A DNA stretch of 64,000 nt from an uncultured Gammaproteobacteria bacterium (GTDB lineage Bacteria > Patescibacteriota > Patescibacteriia > UBA9934), in assembly GCA_964552565.1 (NCBI GenBank), contig CAZKGL010000001.1:628816-692815 (forward strand). The letters are read 5' to 3'. Of this stretch, positions 1 to 10,210 are shown in pieces. The first letter of the stretch is position 1, and each line of letters opens with the position of its first letter. The notes below the pieces were generated by a model that saw only the letters and a list, made by a program, of their open reading frames with translations, had not been told where the DNA came from and ran no database searches. A program made the position numbers and the translations under genes.

Positions 1-59
1 TTCACGCCCGCGAACCCGCCGCCCACGATGACGATGCGCGGCTGGCGCGTCTGCATAGG

Positions 60-554
60 CTACCCGAAAAGAAAGCGCATGAATGCGTTCGGCCGGCGCA
101 TGGCGTCCATGACCATCCCGTTAAGGCCGAACGCGTGGCCCGCGCCGCCCGCGGCAAACATGAGGAAGACAAGCACGAGGACGATGTGCTGGTCGATGTA
201 GCCGTGTTCGGTGTTGTCGACGAAGTGCGCAAGGTAATACAAGAGCATGGTGACGATGCCCGCGATCGCGGCGGGACGCGTGCACAGCCCAAGGAGGAGC
301 GCGACGCCGATAAGCGTGAGGCCCGCCGCATTCAGGGCGTCGATAAACGCATTCCCCGCGAGCGACTGGAACCACGCCGCGAACGGGCCGTTCGCCGAAG
401 CGAGGTAGCCCGCCGCAGTCCAGTCGCCGAATTTCGTGATGCCGGCGTAAAAAAACTCCAACCCCACGCCGATGCGCAGGAGGAGGAACGCGATGCCAAA
501 CCATTGCGCATGCGTCGCATGACTCAGTCGGTCGAGCACGGTCTCAGTACGCAT
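60..554 (-). CDS. DoxX-family integral membrane protein
   Basis: 164 aa with four predicted TM helices; DoxX-like motifs (GLEFFYAGITKF, LIGVALLLGL) in the translation. Confidence 0.6.
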   Translation of the reverse strand: MRTETVLDRLSHATHAQWFGIAFLLLRIGVGLEFFYAGITKFGDWTAAGYLASANGPFAAWFQSLAGNAFIDALNAAGLTLIGVALLLGLCTRPAAIAGIVTMLLYYLAHFVDNTEHGYIDQHIVLVLVFLMFAAGGAGHAFGLNGMVMDAMRRPNAFMRFLFG

Positions 555-563
555 ACCATTACG

Positions 564-1562
564 CTAAGAAATATCTAAGGCGATCTCCGCAAGGCGGTTC
601 GCGTAGCCCCACTCGTTGTCGTACCACGCGACGACCTTCACGAGGGTGCCGTCGACGACGTTGGTGAGCGCGAGGTCGACGATCGCCGAATGCGCGTCGC
701 CGCGCAGGTCGCTCGAGACCAGCGGCTCCTCCGTCACGGCGACAATGCCGCGGAAGCGCGGAGTCTTGCTCGCCGCGACGATCGCCGCGTTCACCTCCTC
801 TTTGGTCACGGCACGCTTCACGAGGTACGTCATATCCGAGAGGGACACCGTCGACACCGGGACGCGAATCGACAAGCCGTCGAACTTCCCCTTGAGCTGT
901 GGCAGCGTCTCCGCGACCGCCTTTGCCGCGCCGGTCGTCGTCGGGATCATGTTCTCCGCGGCCGCACGCCCTTCGCGCAGGTCCCTCTTCGGCCCGTCGA
1001 CGAGCGACTGCGACGCAGTGTAGCCGTGCACGGTCGTCAGCATGGCCTTCTCGATGCCGAACGCCTCTTCGATGATCGCCGTCACCGGCGCGGCGCAGTT
1101 CGTCGTGCACGACGCGTTGTTGATGACCTTCGCCTTTTCGGATTTCAATCCCGCATCGTTGACGCCAAGCACGTACGTCGGCACGTTGCCGCCCTTCGCC
1201 GGCGCCGAAATGACGACGCGCTTCGCCCCGGCCTTCACGTGCGCCATCGCCCCTTCCTCAGTGGTAAACAATCCCGTCGACTCGATGACGACGTCGACGC
1301 CAAGTTTCTTCCACGGCAGCGCCGCGGGGTCTTTTTCGGCGTAGATGGGGACCGTCTTGCCGTCGATGACGAGCGCGCTGCCCTCGGCGCGTACCGGCAC
1401 GGCCCATGCGCCGTAGTTGCTGTCGTGCCGCAAGAGGTATGCGAGCGTCGCGGCGTCCGTGAGGTCGTTGATGGCGACGACATCAAACCCCGGCTTGCCC
1501 CACCCGACCTTGAGCGTATTCCTCCCGATGCGTCCAAAACCGTTGATGGCAACCTTGGCCAT
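564..1562 (-). CDS. gap: glyceraldehyde-3-phosphate dehydrogenase
   Basis: NAD-binding motif INGFGRIGR and catalytic ASCTTNCAAP and WYDNEWGY motifs. Start trimmed to MAKVAINGFGRIGR (ATG, reverse strand at 1560-1562); the track ORF extends 28 codons further upstream. Confidence 0.95.
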   Translation of the reverse strand: MAKVAINGFGRIGRNTLKVGWGKPGFDVVAINDLTDAATLAYLLRHDSNYGAWAVPVRAEGSALVIDGKTVPIYAEKDPAALPWKKLGVDVVIESTGLFTTEEGAMAHVKAGAKRVVISAPAKGGNVPTYVLGVNDAGLKSEKAKVINNASCTTNCAAPVTAIIEEAFGIEKAMLTTVHGYTASQSLVDGPKRDLREGRAAAENMIPTTTGAAKAVAETLPQLKGKFDGLSIRVPVSTVSLSDMTYLVKRAVTKEEVNAAIVAASKTPRFRGIVAVTEEPLVSSDLRGDAHSAIVDLALTNVVDGTLVKVVAWYDNEWGYANRLAEIALDIS

Positions 1563-1690
1563 AACCAAAATGAAAATGCGTCTGCGGAAAGTATAGCATG
1601 AAACGCGGGTGCAGTTGACATACGGGGGAAAATCCCATAGAGTCACCGGCCGGTTTCTACCGGAAGGAGGCCACCATCGATTCCCGGTCT

Positions 1691-2497
1691 TTGCGCAGGA
1701 CGATTACGCGTTACCTCGAAAGCGAGTGGCGCCGGAAGCACGGGCCACGGCCGATCGGCGCCACGCACGTGGCACCCCATCATCTGGAAATCCTCATGCA
1801 GCTCGGCCGTCCGCGGTTGCCCGGCGAGACCATCTCCGCCTACGAGCTGCGCGAGAGCTTCGACCAGTTGGTCGACAGCGCCGAGTTCATCGTGATGGCG
1901 AAAATGGAACGGGAAGTTGCGCGCATCGCGGTCGCGGTGGACCACCTCGAGGCCATGAAGCCGCGGCGCGTCGTCGATGCCGGCTGCAGCAGCGGCCTGT
2001 TCCTTGGGTTCCTCGCCAATTTCTTCTCCGGCATGCGGTTCGTCGGCAACGACATCTCGCCGAAGAGCATCGCGCTCGCGAAAGAACGGCTCGCCCGCCT
2101 GCGCGTGACGAACGCGGAAGCGATCGTCTGTGACCACGCTGAGCTCGATGCGCATGTCGCGGAGCCTGTCGACGTCGTCATCCTGAAAGACGTCTTCTAC
2201 GGCAGCGAGCTGCTCCCGGCGCGGCATACCTACGACGACCCCGAGGAGTGGACGAAGATCTTCGCGACAGACCGCGTCATCGCCAAGCGTCGCGGGATGC
2301 TGCGCGGCCTGACGTCGCGGATGCGTGTCGGTGGGACACTGCTCATCATCCAGCCCGCCGGGCGCGGCGACCACGACGCCTATCAGGCGGTGTGCGCGGA
2401 ACTCGGTCTCACCGAGGTGCCGAGCGCGCGGAGGATCATTCCCGGCGGTGCGACGCCGGCTTTCACCGACATCATGCTCTTCCGCAAATCGTCCTGA
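1691..2497 (+). CDS. class I SAM-dependent methyltransferase
   Basis: Motif I VVDAGCSSGLF and the surrounding Rossmann-fold pattern. Track start is a TTG; the GGAAGGAGG at 1662-1670 is too far upstream for it, so the true start is uncertain. Confidence 0.7.
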   Translation: MRRTITRYLESEWRRKHGPRPIGATHVAPHHLEILMQLGRPRLPGETISAYELRESFDQLVDSAEFIVMAKMEREVARIAVAVDHLEAMKPRRVVDAGCSSGLFLGFLANFFSGMRFVGNDISPKSIALAKERLARLRVTNAEAIVCDHAELDAHVAEPVDVVILKDVFYGSELLPARHTYDDPEEWTKIFATDRVIAKRRGMLRGLTSRMRVGGTLLIIQPAGRGDHDAYQAVCAELGLTEVPSARRIIPGGATPAFTDIMLFRKSS

Positions 2498-2502
2498 CCC
2501 GC

Positions 2503-2545
2503 ACGGGCGCCGCATCCTCGCGGCGCCCGTCGTCTTTTTTTCGTA
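2503..2545 (+). terminator. rho-independent terminator after the methyltransferase gene
   Basis: ACGGGCGCCGC-atcctc-GCGGCGCCCGT stem-loop followed by a T7 run. Confidence 0.6.
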
Positions 2546-2788
2546 CAGGCGTTTCACTTTTTTCACGATCGTGAATGTTGTGTCACACATCTCCCCTGTC
2601 ATTTTTTGACGGCCGTGCAAAAAGTAACCACATCACCGGTAACACTTTTCTCACGGCCGTGAGTTTTTTGTTACCCAATGATGTAAAATAAAACGGACAC
2701 TTATGAGCCGATCGGCACGTTATGTGTCCGAAATGAAAGCCGCCCCCGAGTGGAAGTCAGAGGCGACTTCCTTCTCGGAGGCGGGTGA

Positions 2789-3013
2789 TCAGGACGGCTT
2801 GGGCTCGCCGAAGATGGCCTCGTAGAGCACGGGCGGCATGTTCGCGATCTCCTCCGCGAACTCCTCCGGACGCTGGCGCATCATCTCGGCAAGAGAGAGG
2901 CCCTCCTCCTTGAGAGAGGCGTCGAGTGCGCGCCCGATGGCCTCCTCCTCTTCCGGCGTGAGTGGCCGCGCCGGAAGACCATGAATGCAACGAAAACGTT
3001 CGAGACCAGACAC
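2789..3013 (-). CDS. small acidic hypothetical protein, last gene of the rpsB-tsf cluster
   Basis: 74 aa; GTG start preceded by AGGAGG at 4-nt spacing; same strand directly downstream of tsf; helical acidic composition; downstream hairpins with a T-run near 2700-2745. Confidence 0.5.
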   Translation of the reverse strand: MSGLERFRCIHGLPARPLTPEEEEAIGRALDASLKEEGLSLAEMMRQRPEEFAEEIANMPPVLYEAIFGEPKPS

Positions 3014-3118
3014 CGTACCTCCTCGAGTTCTGCCACTGTACGTTACCCATGCGCGTTCCGCAATATCGCTAACACAATAGGCGAGCCCAGTGGGCCCGCC
3101 TATTGGTTGGGATGGATT

Positions 3119-3712
3119 TTACTCAACGCCGAGTTGCATGCGCACGATGCGGCCGACCTTCAGGTTTTCACCGATGGAGCCGATCTTCGATTGCAGGAGC
3201 GCGCCGACCGTCATGTCCTCGTCCTTGATGAACGGCTGTTCGAGGAGGCACGTCTCCGAGAAAAACTTGTTCATCTTGCCGTCAAGGATCTTTTCGACGA
3301 TGTCCGCCGGCTTCCCTTCCGCGGCAAGCTGCTCGCGGTAGATCGCCTTCTCCTTTTCCACGACATCGGCCGGGACCTGTTCACGCGCGACGTACGTCGG
3401 CGCTGCGGCCGCGACATGCATCGCGATGTCATTGCCGAGCTCGGTGAACTGCTCGTTACGCGCAACGAAGTCCGTCTCGCACATGAGTTCCACGAGGACG
3501 GCGAGCTTACTGCCGTGCGTGTAGGCGAAGATGCGGCCCTCTGCCGTGGCGCGCTCGGCCTTCTTGGCCGCCTTCGCCGCACCCGACGTGCGCAAGATGT
3601 CGACCGCCTTGTCCATGTCGCCGTTCGCTTCCGTGAGGGCGACCTTCGCGTCCATCATGCCCGCACCGGTCATGTCGCGCAACTTCGCGACATCGCTTGC
3701 CGTGATTGCCAT
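3119..3712 (-). CDS. tsf: elongation factor Ts, short form
   Basis: 197 aa; N-terminal UBA-like [24 protein letters not shown] and the EF-Ts core [11 protein letters not shown]. Confidence 0.9.
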   Translation of the reverse strand: MAITASDVAKLRDMTGAGMMDAKVALTEANGDMDKAVDILRTSGAAKAAKKAERATAEGRIFAYTHGSKLAVLVELMCETDFVARNEQFTELGNDIAMHVAAAAPTYVAREQVPADVVEKEKAIYREQLAAEGKPADIVEKILDGKMNKFFSETCLLEQPFIKDEDMTVGALLQSKIGSIGENLKVGRIVRMQLGVE

Positions 3713-3725
3713 AGTTCCAGCGTGA

Positions 3726-4556
3726 TTACTTTTTCTCCTCCTGCGCCTCGGCCACGAGCTTCTCCTTCATGGCGTCGTCGAGATCGTCCACGGTCGCCTT
3801 CGACTTGTCGGAAAGCTTCACCTCGTCCTCTGCCGACTGGCGCGCCTCGGCCGCGGCGCGGGTGGCCGCAACCGCCTTTGCCTTGCCCGACTTCACCGCT
3901 TCGGCGACCAGCGACGCCATAAGGTCGAGCGAACCGATTGCATCGTCGTTCGCCGGGATGACGTAGCTGATGCCCGTCGGGTTCACGTTACTGTCGCACA
4001 AGGCGACGATCTTCACCTTGGTCGCAAGCGCCTCGCGCACCGCCGTCTTGTCGTGGCGGGCATCGAGCATGAAGACCGCTTCCGGCAGGCGCGTCATCGT
4101 CGAGATGCCGCCGATCTTGTCTTCAAGCTCCTCGATCTTGCGCGAAAACTGGAGCTGCTCGAGCTTCGTGTATTTCTTGAGCTCGCCCTTCTCCGTCTTG
4201 TCCTTGAGGTCAAGATACTGCTTGATGAGGCGCTGGATCTGCGGGAAGTTGGTAAACGTGCCGCCGAGCCAACGGGTGTTGACGTACGGCATGCCGCACT
4301 CCTGCGCGTACTTCGCAACAATGTCCTGCGCCTGGCGCTTCGTACCGACGAACATGATGCTGCCGCCGCGGGCGACCACGTTCTCCACGTAGGTCAGCGC
4401 GCGCTCGAGCTGCGCAAGGGTCTTTTCGAGGTCGATGACATGGACGCCGCCGCGGACGCCGTAGATGTACTCGGCCATCTTGGGGTGCCAGCGCGAGGAC
4501 TGGTGGCCGAAGTGCACGCCGGCCTTGAGCATCTCCAGAAGTTCTGGAAGTTTCAT
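3726..4556 (-). CDS. rpsB: 30S ribosomal protein S2
   Basis: [21 protein letters not shown] and the rest match S2; start trimmed to MKLPELLEM (ATG at 4554-4556); charged C-terminal extension; 13 nt upstream of tsf. Confidence 0.95.
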   Translation of the reverse strand: MKLPELLEMLKAGVHFGHQSSRWHPKMAEYIYGVRGGVHVIDLEKTLAQLERALTYVENVVARGGSIMFVGTKRQAQDIVAKYAQECGMPYVNTRWLGGTFTNFPQIQRLIKQYLDLKDKTEKGELKKYTKLEQLQFSRKIEELEDKIGGISTMTRLPEAVFMLDARHDKTAVREALATKVKIVALCDSNVNPTGISYVIPANDDAIGSLDLMASLVAEAVKSGKAKAVAATRAAAEARQSAEDEVKLSDKSKATVDDLDDAMKEKLVAEAQEEKK

Positions 4557-4730
4557 AGGGTGTATCCTTTTTAGCCACGGCTTGGACCTGCGGGACCTCG
4601 AACATCGAGGCAAGGACCGCGGGCGAAATTCAAGCCTGAGTGATGAATAAGTGGCGGAAGTGTAGCCCAAAATGCCGGGAAACGTCAAGGCCGCCGGTCC
4701 CCCGCCCCGACGGCCGCGCACGACACCCCG

Positions 4731-5126
4731 CTACGATGATGGCCCCACGACCGAAAGCAGTTGGTCGCGGTCGAACGGCTTCTGCAGCACGACGACGCCG
4801 TGCCGGAGGAGCGCCTCAAGCGCCGCCGCGGCCTTCTTGCCCCTCGGGCCGCCGGTGATGACGATGAACGTGCCCCGATGGTGGTGCGACAGCGCCATGT
4901 AGATGTCGTACCCGTCCAGACCCTCGAGCGAGAGGTCGCTGATGACGACGTCGTACGGGCGCTTCGCCTCCTGCGCTTCGTAGAACCGCGTGACGCCCAG
5001 CGGGCCGCGGTCAGCGCAGTCGACCTCGAACCCTTCGTCGCTCAGGATCACGCGCACGATCTCGCAGACCTGCGGTTCGTCGTCGATGACGAGCACGCGC
5101 TTTTTCCGTCGATCCGCCTCCAACAC
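4731..5126 (-). CDS. stand-alone response-regulator receiver (CheY-like) domain protein
   Basis: RVLVIDDEP...ISDLSLEGLDGYDI receiver signature with the phospho-acceptor Asp context. Start placed at an in-frame GTG that has AGGAG 7 nt upstream (132 aa); the track ORF runs to 5183. Confidence 0.7.
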   Translation of the reverse strand: MLEADRRKKRVLVIDDEPQVCEIVRVILSDEGFEVDCADRGPLGVTRFYEAQEAKRPYDVVISDLSLEGLDGYDIYMALSHHHRGTFIVITGGPRGKKAAAALEALLRHGVVVLQKPFDRDQLLSVVGPSS

Positions 5127-5204
5127 GATGACACTCCTGTTGTTCCCGGGGGGTGGCGATCCGGGCAACCGATGACCATACAAAAGGTCCCGCCGCGGCG
5201 CAAG

Positions 5205-6197
5205 TCACCGGATGAACATGGCGTCGCCAAATGAGAAAAAGCGGTAACCTTCGCGCTTGGCTTCCTCGTATGCCGCAAGGACGGGTTCGCGCCCCGCAAA
5301 GGCGGACACAAGGACAAGAAGAGTCGATTTGGGCAAGTGGAAATTGGTCACGAGGCCGTCGATGACGCGGAATGCGAAACCCGGGGTGATAAAGATATTC
5401 ATCTCGCCTTCGTAGGCCTCGAGTGCGCCACGGGTCGCGGCTACCCCTTCCAGCACGCGCACCGTCGTCGTGCCGACGGCGATGACGCGGCGCCCCTCGG
5501 CCTTCGCGGCGGCGATACGCGCCGCCGTCTCCGCGTCGAGGCTCACCCACTCGCTGTGCATCGTGTGTTCCTCAAGCGTCTTCGTCTGCACCGGACGAAA
5601 GGTCCCGAGCCCGACATGCAACGTCACCGCTTCGACCTGCACGCCCTTCGCGCGGATCGCAGCAAGGAGCTCGGGCGTGAAATGCAGCCCCGCGGTCGGC
5701 GCAGCGACGGAACCGGTCGTCGTCGCATACACGGTCTGGTAGCGCGCCTCGTCGACACGCGCCGTGACGTACGGCGGCGTCGGCACCTCGCCATGCGCAT
5801 CGCAGTACGCGAGCATGTCGTGCGCCGACATGCCGGTCGCGACCGTCACGACGCCATCCGGTTGCTTGGAGAGGATCGTGAACCCGAAAACGGCATCGCC
5901 GGCCTTGAACTTCCTCCCCGGCCGGAGCAGCACGTCCGCCTCGTGGTCGCGGATGCGGAGCACGAACATCTCCACGCCATCCTTCACGATGCGTGCCTTG
6001 AACACCTTCGATACGTTGAACACAAGCACGTCGCCCGGCCGCAGCTCCTCTTCGATAGCGCGGAACGTCGTGTGCGCCAGTGCGCCGGTCTGCCGGTCCA
6101 TCACCAGAAGCCGCGAGCTGTCGCGCGGTTCTGCGGGCGTCTGGGCGATGAAGCGCCCCGGAAGGTCGTAATCGAACAGGCTGATGTCCGTCCCCAT
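5205..6197 (-). CDS. queA: S-adenosylmethionine:tRNA ribosyltransferase-isomerase
   Basis: ISLFDYDLP N-terminus, VGTTTVRVLE and NFHLPKSTLL motifs typical of QueA; start trimmed to MGTDISLFDYDLP. Confidence 0.9.
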   Translation of the reverse strand: MGTDISLFDYDLPGRFIAQTPAEPRDSSRLLVMDRQTGALAHTTFRAIEEELRPGDVLVFNVSKVFKARIVKDGVEMFVLRIRDHEADVLLRPGRKFKAGDAVFGFTILSKQPDGVVTVATGMSAHDMLAYCDAHGEVPTPPYVTARVDEARYQTVYATTTGSVAAPTAGLHFTPELLAAIRAKGVQVEAVTLHVGLGTFRPVQTKTLEEHTMHSEWVSLDAETAARIAAAKAEGRRVIAVGTTTVRVLEGVAATRGALEAYEGEMNIFITPGFAFRVIDGLVTNFHLPKSTLLVLVSAFAGREPVLAAYEEAKREGYRFFSFGDAMFIR

Positions 6198-6305
6198 ATC
6201 GCAACGGAGGATAGCAATGTCGCTATGGTTTGACAAAAACCGAACGGAATGATAGCTTTTCGGCCATAAATCATCCGGCCCCGTATGAGAGCGGCGCCCA
6301 TACCA

Positions 6306-6366
6306 AGGTCAAAAGTCAAAAGTCGAAGGTCAAAAGCCTTTGACGTTTGACCCTCAGCCTTTGACT
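6306..6366. repeat. array of GTCAAAAG direct repeats followed by inverted CTTTGAC copies, directly upstream of rpmE
   Basis: GGTCAAAAG TCAAAAG TCGAAG GTCAAAAG CC TTTGAC GTTTGAC CCTCAGCCTTTGAC TT ATG; three direct then three inverted copies form an extended imperfect palindrome that ends at the rpmE start codon. Confidence 0.55.
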
Positions 6367-6367
6367 T

Positions 6368-6661
6368 ATGAAGTCAGGTATCCACCCCGAATACTTCCCG
6401 CAGGCACAGATCGTCTGTGCGTGTGGCGCCACCTACACGACGGGCTCCACCAAGGAGCGCATCGATATTGAATTGTGCGCCGCCTGCCACCCGTTCTTCA
6501 CGGGCAAGCAGAAGATCATCGACACGGCCCGCCGCGTCGAGAAGTTCTCGGACCGCACCGCGAAGAAGGCCGAGAAGGTCATGACGAGCAAGGACAAGGC
6601 CGCAAAGGCCGCCGCGCGTGCCAAGGCCCGCGCCGACAAGAAGGCCGCCGCCGAAGCGTAG
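6368..6661 (+). CDS. rpmE: 50S ribosomal protein L31
   Basis: MKSGIHPEY...[12 protein letters not shown]...[12 protein letters not shown]: Zn-ribbon form of L31 with a Lys/Ala-rich tail. Confidence 0.9.
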   Translation: MKSGIHPEYFPQAQIVCACGATYTTGSTKERIDIELCAACHPFFTGKQKIIDTARRVEKFSDRTAKKAEKVMTSKDKAAKAAARAKARADKKAAAEA

Positions 6662-6670
6662 CTGCACTGC

Positions 6671-6700
6671 GAAAACGCCTGCTTCCCCGTGGGCGTTTTC
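6671..6700 (+). terminator. hairpin after rpmE (terminator or attenuator)
   Basis: GAAAACGCC-12 nt-GGCGTTTTC perfect 9-bp stem, then a T-rich GATTTGG. Confidence 0.4.
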
Positions 6701-6730
6701 GATTTGGATACGGTAGACTATACCCAGACT

Positions 6731-7813
6731 ATGGAGTACGCCAAACTCATCGCCGACCAGGAAAAGAAGCTTGCGAGCCTTGAAGCCGACCTCATGAACC
6801 CGGCGATCTTTGGCGACCAAAAGCAGCTGCGCGAGACGAACATCGCCTTCCAGACGACGCAACGCACGGTGGCGACCGGCCACGCGTACCAGAAGCTCGT
6901 CAACGACCTTGCGAGCGCGAGGACGTCGCTGGCCGACGCGGATCCCGAGGTCCGCGCCATGGCCGAGGCGGAGATTGCAGAGATCGAAGCGAAACTTCCC
7001 GCCGCAGAACAGGCGCTCGAACTCGCGCTCCTGCCGCGCGACCCCAAGGACGACAACGACGCGATCGTCGAGATCCGCGCCGGCACCGGCGGGGACGAAG
7101 CCGCGCTCTTCGCGTCCGACCTGTTCCGCATGTATTCGCACTTCGCGGAAATGCACGGCTGGCGCATCGTCCTCATGTCGCAGAGCCAGAACGACCTTGG
7201 CGGATTCAAAGAAATCATTTTCGAAGTCGTCGGCGAAGGCGCGTACGGCACCATGAAGTACGAGTCCGGCGTCCACCGCGTCCAGCGCGTCCCGGAAACG
7301 GAAAAGGCCGGACGCATCCACACCTCGACGACGACGGTCGCCGTGCTCCCGAAAATCGAAGAGAGCGACTTTGCGCTGAACCCGCAGGACCTCACCATCG
7401 AGGCGACGACCTCGCAAGGCGCGGGCGGCCAGTCGGTCAACACGACGTACTCGGCGATCCGCATCGTGCACATCCCGACCGGCATCACGGTCTATTGCCA
7501 GGACGAGCGCTCGCAGTCGCAGAACAAGGCAAAGGCGATGGAGGTCATGCGCGCACGCGTGTACGCATACGAGGAAGAAAAAAAGCGCGCCGCGCTCGAG
7601 GCGGAACGCCGCAGCCAGATTGGCACAGGCGAACGCAGCGAAAAGATCCGTACGTACAACTACCCGCAGGACCGCATTACCGACCACCGCGTCAAACAGA
7701 GCTGGCACAACCTCCCGACCATCCTCGCGGGAGACCTCGACGACATCATCACGACGCTCCGCCTCGCCGAACGCGACGGCAAACTCGCCAACGCGGCGGA
7801 TGATGAGGAATAA
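6731..7813 (+). CDS. prfA: peptide chain release factor 1
   Basis: GGQ motif ([12 protein letters not shown]), the PxT-equivalent decoding region, [18 protein letters not shown]. Start set at MEYAKL; the track ORF starts at an upstream GTG (6689). Confidence 0.95.
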   Translation: MEYAKLIADQEKKLASLEADLMNPAIFGDQKQLRETNIAFQTTQRTVATGHAYQKLVNDLASARTSLADADPEVRAMAEAEIAEIEAKLPAAEQALELALLPRDPKDDNDAIVEIRAGTGGDEAALFASDLFRMYSHFAEMHGWRIVLMSQSQNDLGGFKEIIFEVVGEGAYGTMKYESGVHRVQRVPETEKAGRIHTSTTTVAVLPKIEESDFALNPQDLTIEATTSQGAGGQSVNTTYSAIRIVHIPTGITVYCQDERSQSQNKAKAMEVMRARVYAYEEEKKRAALEAERRSQIGTGERSEKIRTYNYPQDRITDHRVKQSWHNLPTILAGDLDDIITTLRLAERDGKLANAADDEE

Positions 7814-7933
7814 TTCACGCCGGGTCCTGCCGCCTTCGCACCCTGTTGGGTGCTCGACTCGTCGGACTCGTCTGCGCGCCCAAGCAGGGGACCTGCTCGG
7901 CGTCACCCGGCCTACTCGTTCCTCGCCACTCCC

Positions 7934-8797
7934 ATGACCATCCTCGACGCACTCCAATGGGCAGAACAGAAACTCAAGGGGTCGAAGGAGAACCCGAAGC
8001 TCGACGCCCAAGTGCTTTTGGCGTCCGTGCTCGACAAAGGGACGGCCTACCTCTTCGCCCACGGCGAGGATCCGTTGCCGGAAGAAAAGTTTACGAAGTT
8101 CCAGCGCCTCGTTGAACGCCGCGGCAGGTTTGAGCCGGTGGCGTACCTCGTCGGCCATAAAGAGTTTTACAAGCGGGAATTCGTCGTCAATCCGCACGTG
8201 CTCATCCCGCGGCCCGACACCGAGGCGCTCGTCGATGTCGCGCTCGGGCTCCTGACGCCGCAGTCGCTTGTCGTCGACATCGGCACGGGAAGCGGCGCCA
8301 TTGCGCTCACCATCGCCGCGGAGACCGGCCGGCCCGCCGTCGCCATCGACGCGGACCCTCGCGCGCTCGCCGTCGCCAAGCTGAATGCGGACGCCCTCGG
8401 CCTTGCGAAGCGCGTCGCGTTCTTCGAGGGCAACCTTCTTGAGCCGCTGCTCGCGGAAAGCAACGGCGAGCCGCTCGGCGACCATCTGGTCATTACTGCA
8501 AACCTCCCCTACATCGCGCAGCGCCAGTACGACGCGCTGGAACCGAACGTGAAAGCGTACGAACCGAAGACCGCGCTCGTGTCCGGCATCGACGGCCTCG
8601 ACCATTACGACGCGCTGTTTGCGCAGATCGCCGCGCGCCGCTTTGCGCTCCCCAAGGCGCTCGACGTCGTCGTGGAAATCGACCCGTCGCAAAAGCAAAC
8701 GGCCCCGGCGCTTGTCCGGAGCCACCTGCCGGGCGCGCACGTCGAGGTCGTGAACGACCTTGCCGGACGCCCGCGCGTCGTCGTGGTACGCTGTTGA
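7934..8797 (+). CDS. prmC: release factor glutamine N5-methyltransferase (HemK/PrmC)
   Basis: VDIGTGSGAIAL (motif I) and the NLPY catalytic motif (ITANLPYI); directly downstream of prfA, the classic prfA-prmC pair. Start trimmed to MTILDALQW. Confidence 0.85.
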   Translation: MTILDALQWAEQKLKGSKENPKLDAQVLLASVLDKGTAYLFAHGEDPLPEEKFTKFQRLVERRGRFEPVAYLVGHKEFYKREFVVNPHVLIPRPDTEALVDVALGLLTPQSLVVDIGTGSGAIALTIAAETGRPAVAIDADPRALAVAKLNADALGLAKRVAFFEGNLLEPLLAESNGEPLGDHLVITANLPYIAQRQYDALEPNVKAYEPKTALVSGIDGLDHYDALFAQIAARRFALPKALDVVVEIDPSQKQTAPALVRSHLPGAHVEVVNDLAGRPRVVVVRC

Positions 8798-8800
8798 CGT

Positions 8801-9070
8801 ATGTCCATAGAATCTGCCATGAACGCGGCGAAACGCTTCGTCCGCGAGAAGGTTACGGGCGACGTGTTCGAGTACGACCCCACGTTCATCGATCCCGCGC
8901 AGCCGTGGAAACGCAAGGAGGATGGCTGCATCATCGTCGGGCCGGAACAGGTGCGGGCGGCGCTGAAGTATGCCGACGCGTTCGGCACGCCCGAGGCCGC
9001 AACGGCCATCGGGCTGTCCAAAGCTTACATCGTCGAACATTTTCCGGAAGCACTCGAACAACACGAGTAG
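8801..9070 (+). CDS. small hypothetical protein
   Basis: 89 aa ORF starting 4 nt after the prmC stop (translationally coupled position); reasonable amino-acid composition; no recognisable family. Confidence 0.4.
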   Translation: MSIESAMNAAKRFVREKVTGDVFEYDPTFIDPAQPWKRKEDGCIIVGPEQVRAALKYADAFGTPEAATAIGLSKAYIVEHFPEALEQHE

Positions 9071-9084
9071 TACGAAACCACCGG

Positions 9085-10206
9085 CTACTCGCCGGTGGTT
9101 TCCGTATCCGTGATCGTGACTTGTCCGAGCGACGGGACGACTTCGATCCACGTCGTGCCCGCATTCATCGCAATCTCGTTGCCCTCCGCGTCAGAGAAGC
9201 GCAGTCGGTCGGTACGCGCATCCTTTTTCCAGGTCGCGACGATCATGCGGCCGTTCTGTGCGACCAAGGCGCTCCCTTCGCCGGTCGTCCGGATGTGCCG
9301 GCGACCCACCGCGTCGACGACCGTCACGTCGCTTTCCATGACGACGACGTTATCTGCCACCGCGTCCGCGCTTCCTTCGAGGAAACGTCCGGTACCGCCC
9401 TGCGTCCGGAGATACGCATTCGCCTCGGCGTCGTAGTCCCACGTCACGTCGTACGCCGTCGCCGTCGTCCAGTCGATCGACAAGGACTTCTCCTCGCCAC
9501 TCGGGACGCCGTCCGTAAACGTCCACGCGTCGTACACCGGTGTCTCAGGCGCAAGTTCGTCGCGCGCGGCGCGGAGGTCGTCGGTCGTCGTGTAGACGTT
9601 GTGCGGCGCATAGCGCGCGCCCCAGCGGTAAAAGTATTCACCCTGGTAAAACTCGTTCAGGTCGATGGTGCCGTATTCGGCAAGGAGACCGAGCGCTTCC
9701 GGCGAACCGCCGACGTGCGCGTAGACCGCGTCGAGCTCATCGTTCCAGTCGAGGTAATACGGACGAGCACTCCGCACCGGGCCGATCTTTTCCACGTCCT
9801 GCTCCTCGGAAAAGAATGCAATAAAGCGCGGGATATTGCCCTCGACCGGGGCTTCGATGACGAGGAATGCGTCTTCGAGCCCAGCGAGCGGCCAGGCGTC
9901 GGACGAATTCTCGATCATGACGCCGAACACCTGCGGCAACTCCGGAAGCGTTGCCTCCATGGGCTCGCCCGTGAGCGGGTGGCGGATGACCGTTTCTTCC
10001 GCAGGAAGGTCATCGAACGCCACGGGGTTGCCGTCATCGCGGATGATGGCGATGACCACGGCCGCCATCACGGCACATGCGAGGACGACGCTCCCCCACA
10101 GGAGATACGAAGCGCGGTCGACGCGGCGCAGCCGTGAAACGAAAGAGGCGAGCCACGCGCGTGGCCCTGCCTCATTCTTCCTCCTTGTGTGCTCCTTTTT
10201 GGACAT
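9085..10206 (-). CDS. DUF3048-family (YerB-like) membrane-anchored protein
   Basis: N-terminal TM anchor, then VMIENSSDAWPLAGLEDAFLVIEAPVEGNIPRFIAFF, which resembles the DUF3048 core (VMIENhxxARPQSGL...). Confidence 0.6.
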   Translation of the reverse strand: MSKKEHTRRKNEAGPRAWLASFVSRLRRVDRASYLLWGSVVLACAVMAAVVIAIIRDDGNPVAFDDLPAEETVIRHPLTGEPMEATLPELPQVFGVMIENSSDAWPLAGLEDAFLVIEAPVEGNIPRFIAFFSEEQDVEKIGPVRSARPYYLDWNDELDAVYAHVGGSPEALGLLAEYGTIDLNEFYQGEYFYRWGARYAPHNVYTTTDDLRAARDELAPETPVYDAWTFTDGVPSGEEKSLSIDWTTATAYDVTWDYDAEANAYLRTQGGTGRFLEGSADAVADNVVVMESDVTVVDAVGRRHIRTTGEGSALVAQNGRMIVATWKKDARTDRLRFSDAEGNEIAMNAGTTWIEVVPSLGQVTITDTETTGE

Positions 10207-10210
10207 CGGG

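Noticed and set aside
1643-2620. 325-aa minus-strand ORF
   Set aside because: Antisense to the SAM-methyltransferase gene and runs through its terminator; compositionally biased.
6374-9151. 925-aa minus-strand ORF
   Set aside because: Antisense to rpmE, prfA and prmC, which have unmistakable conserved motifs; Arg/Ala/Gly/Val-rich composition typical of high-GC antisense frames.
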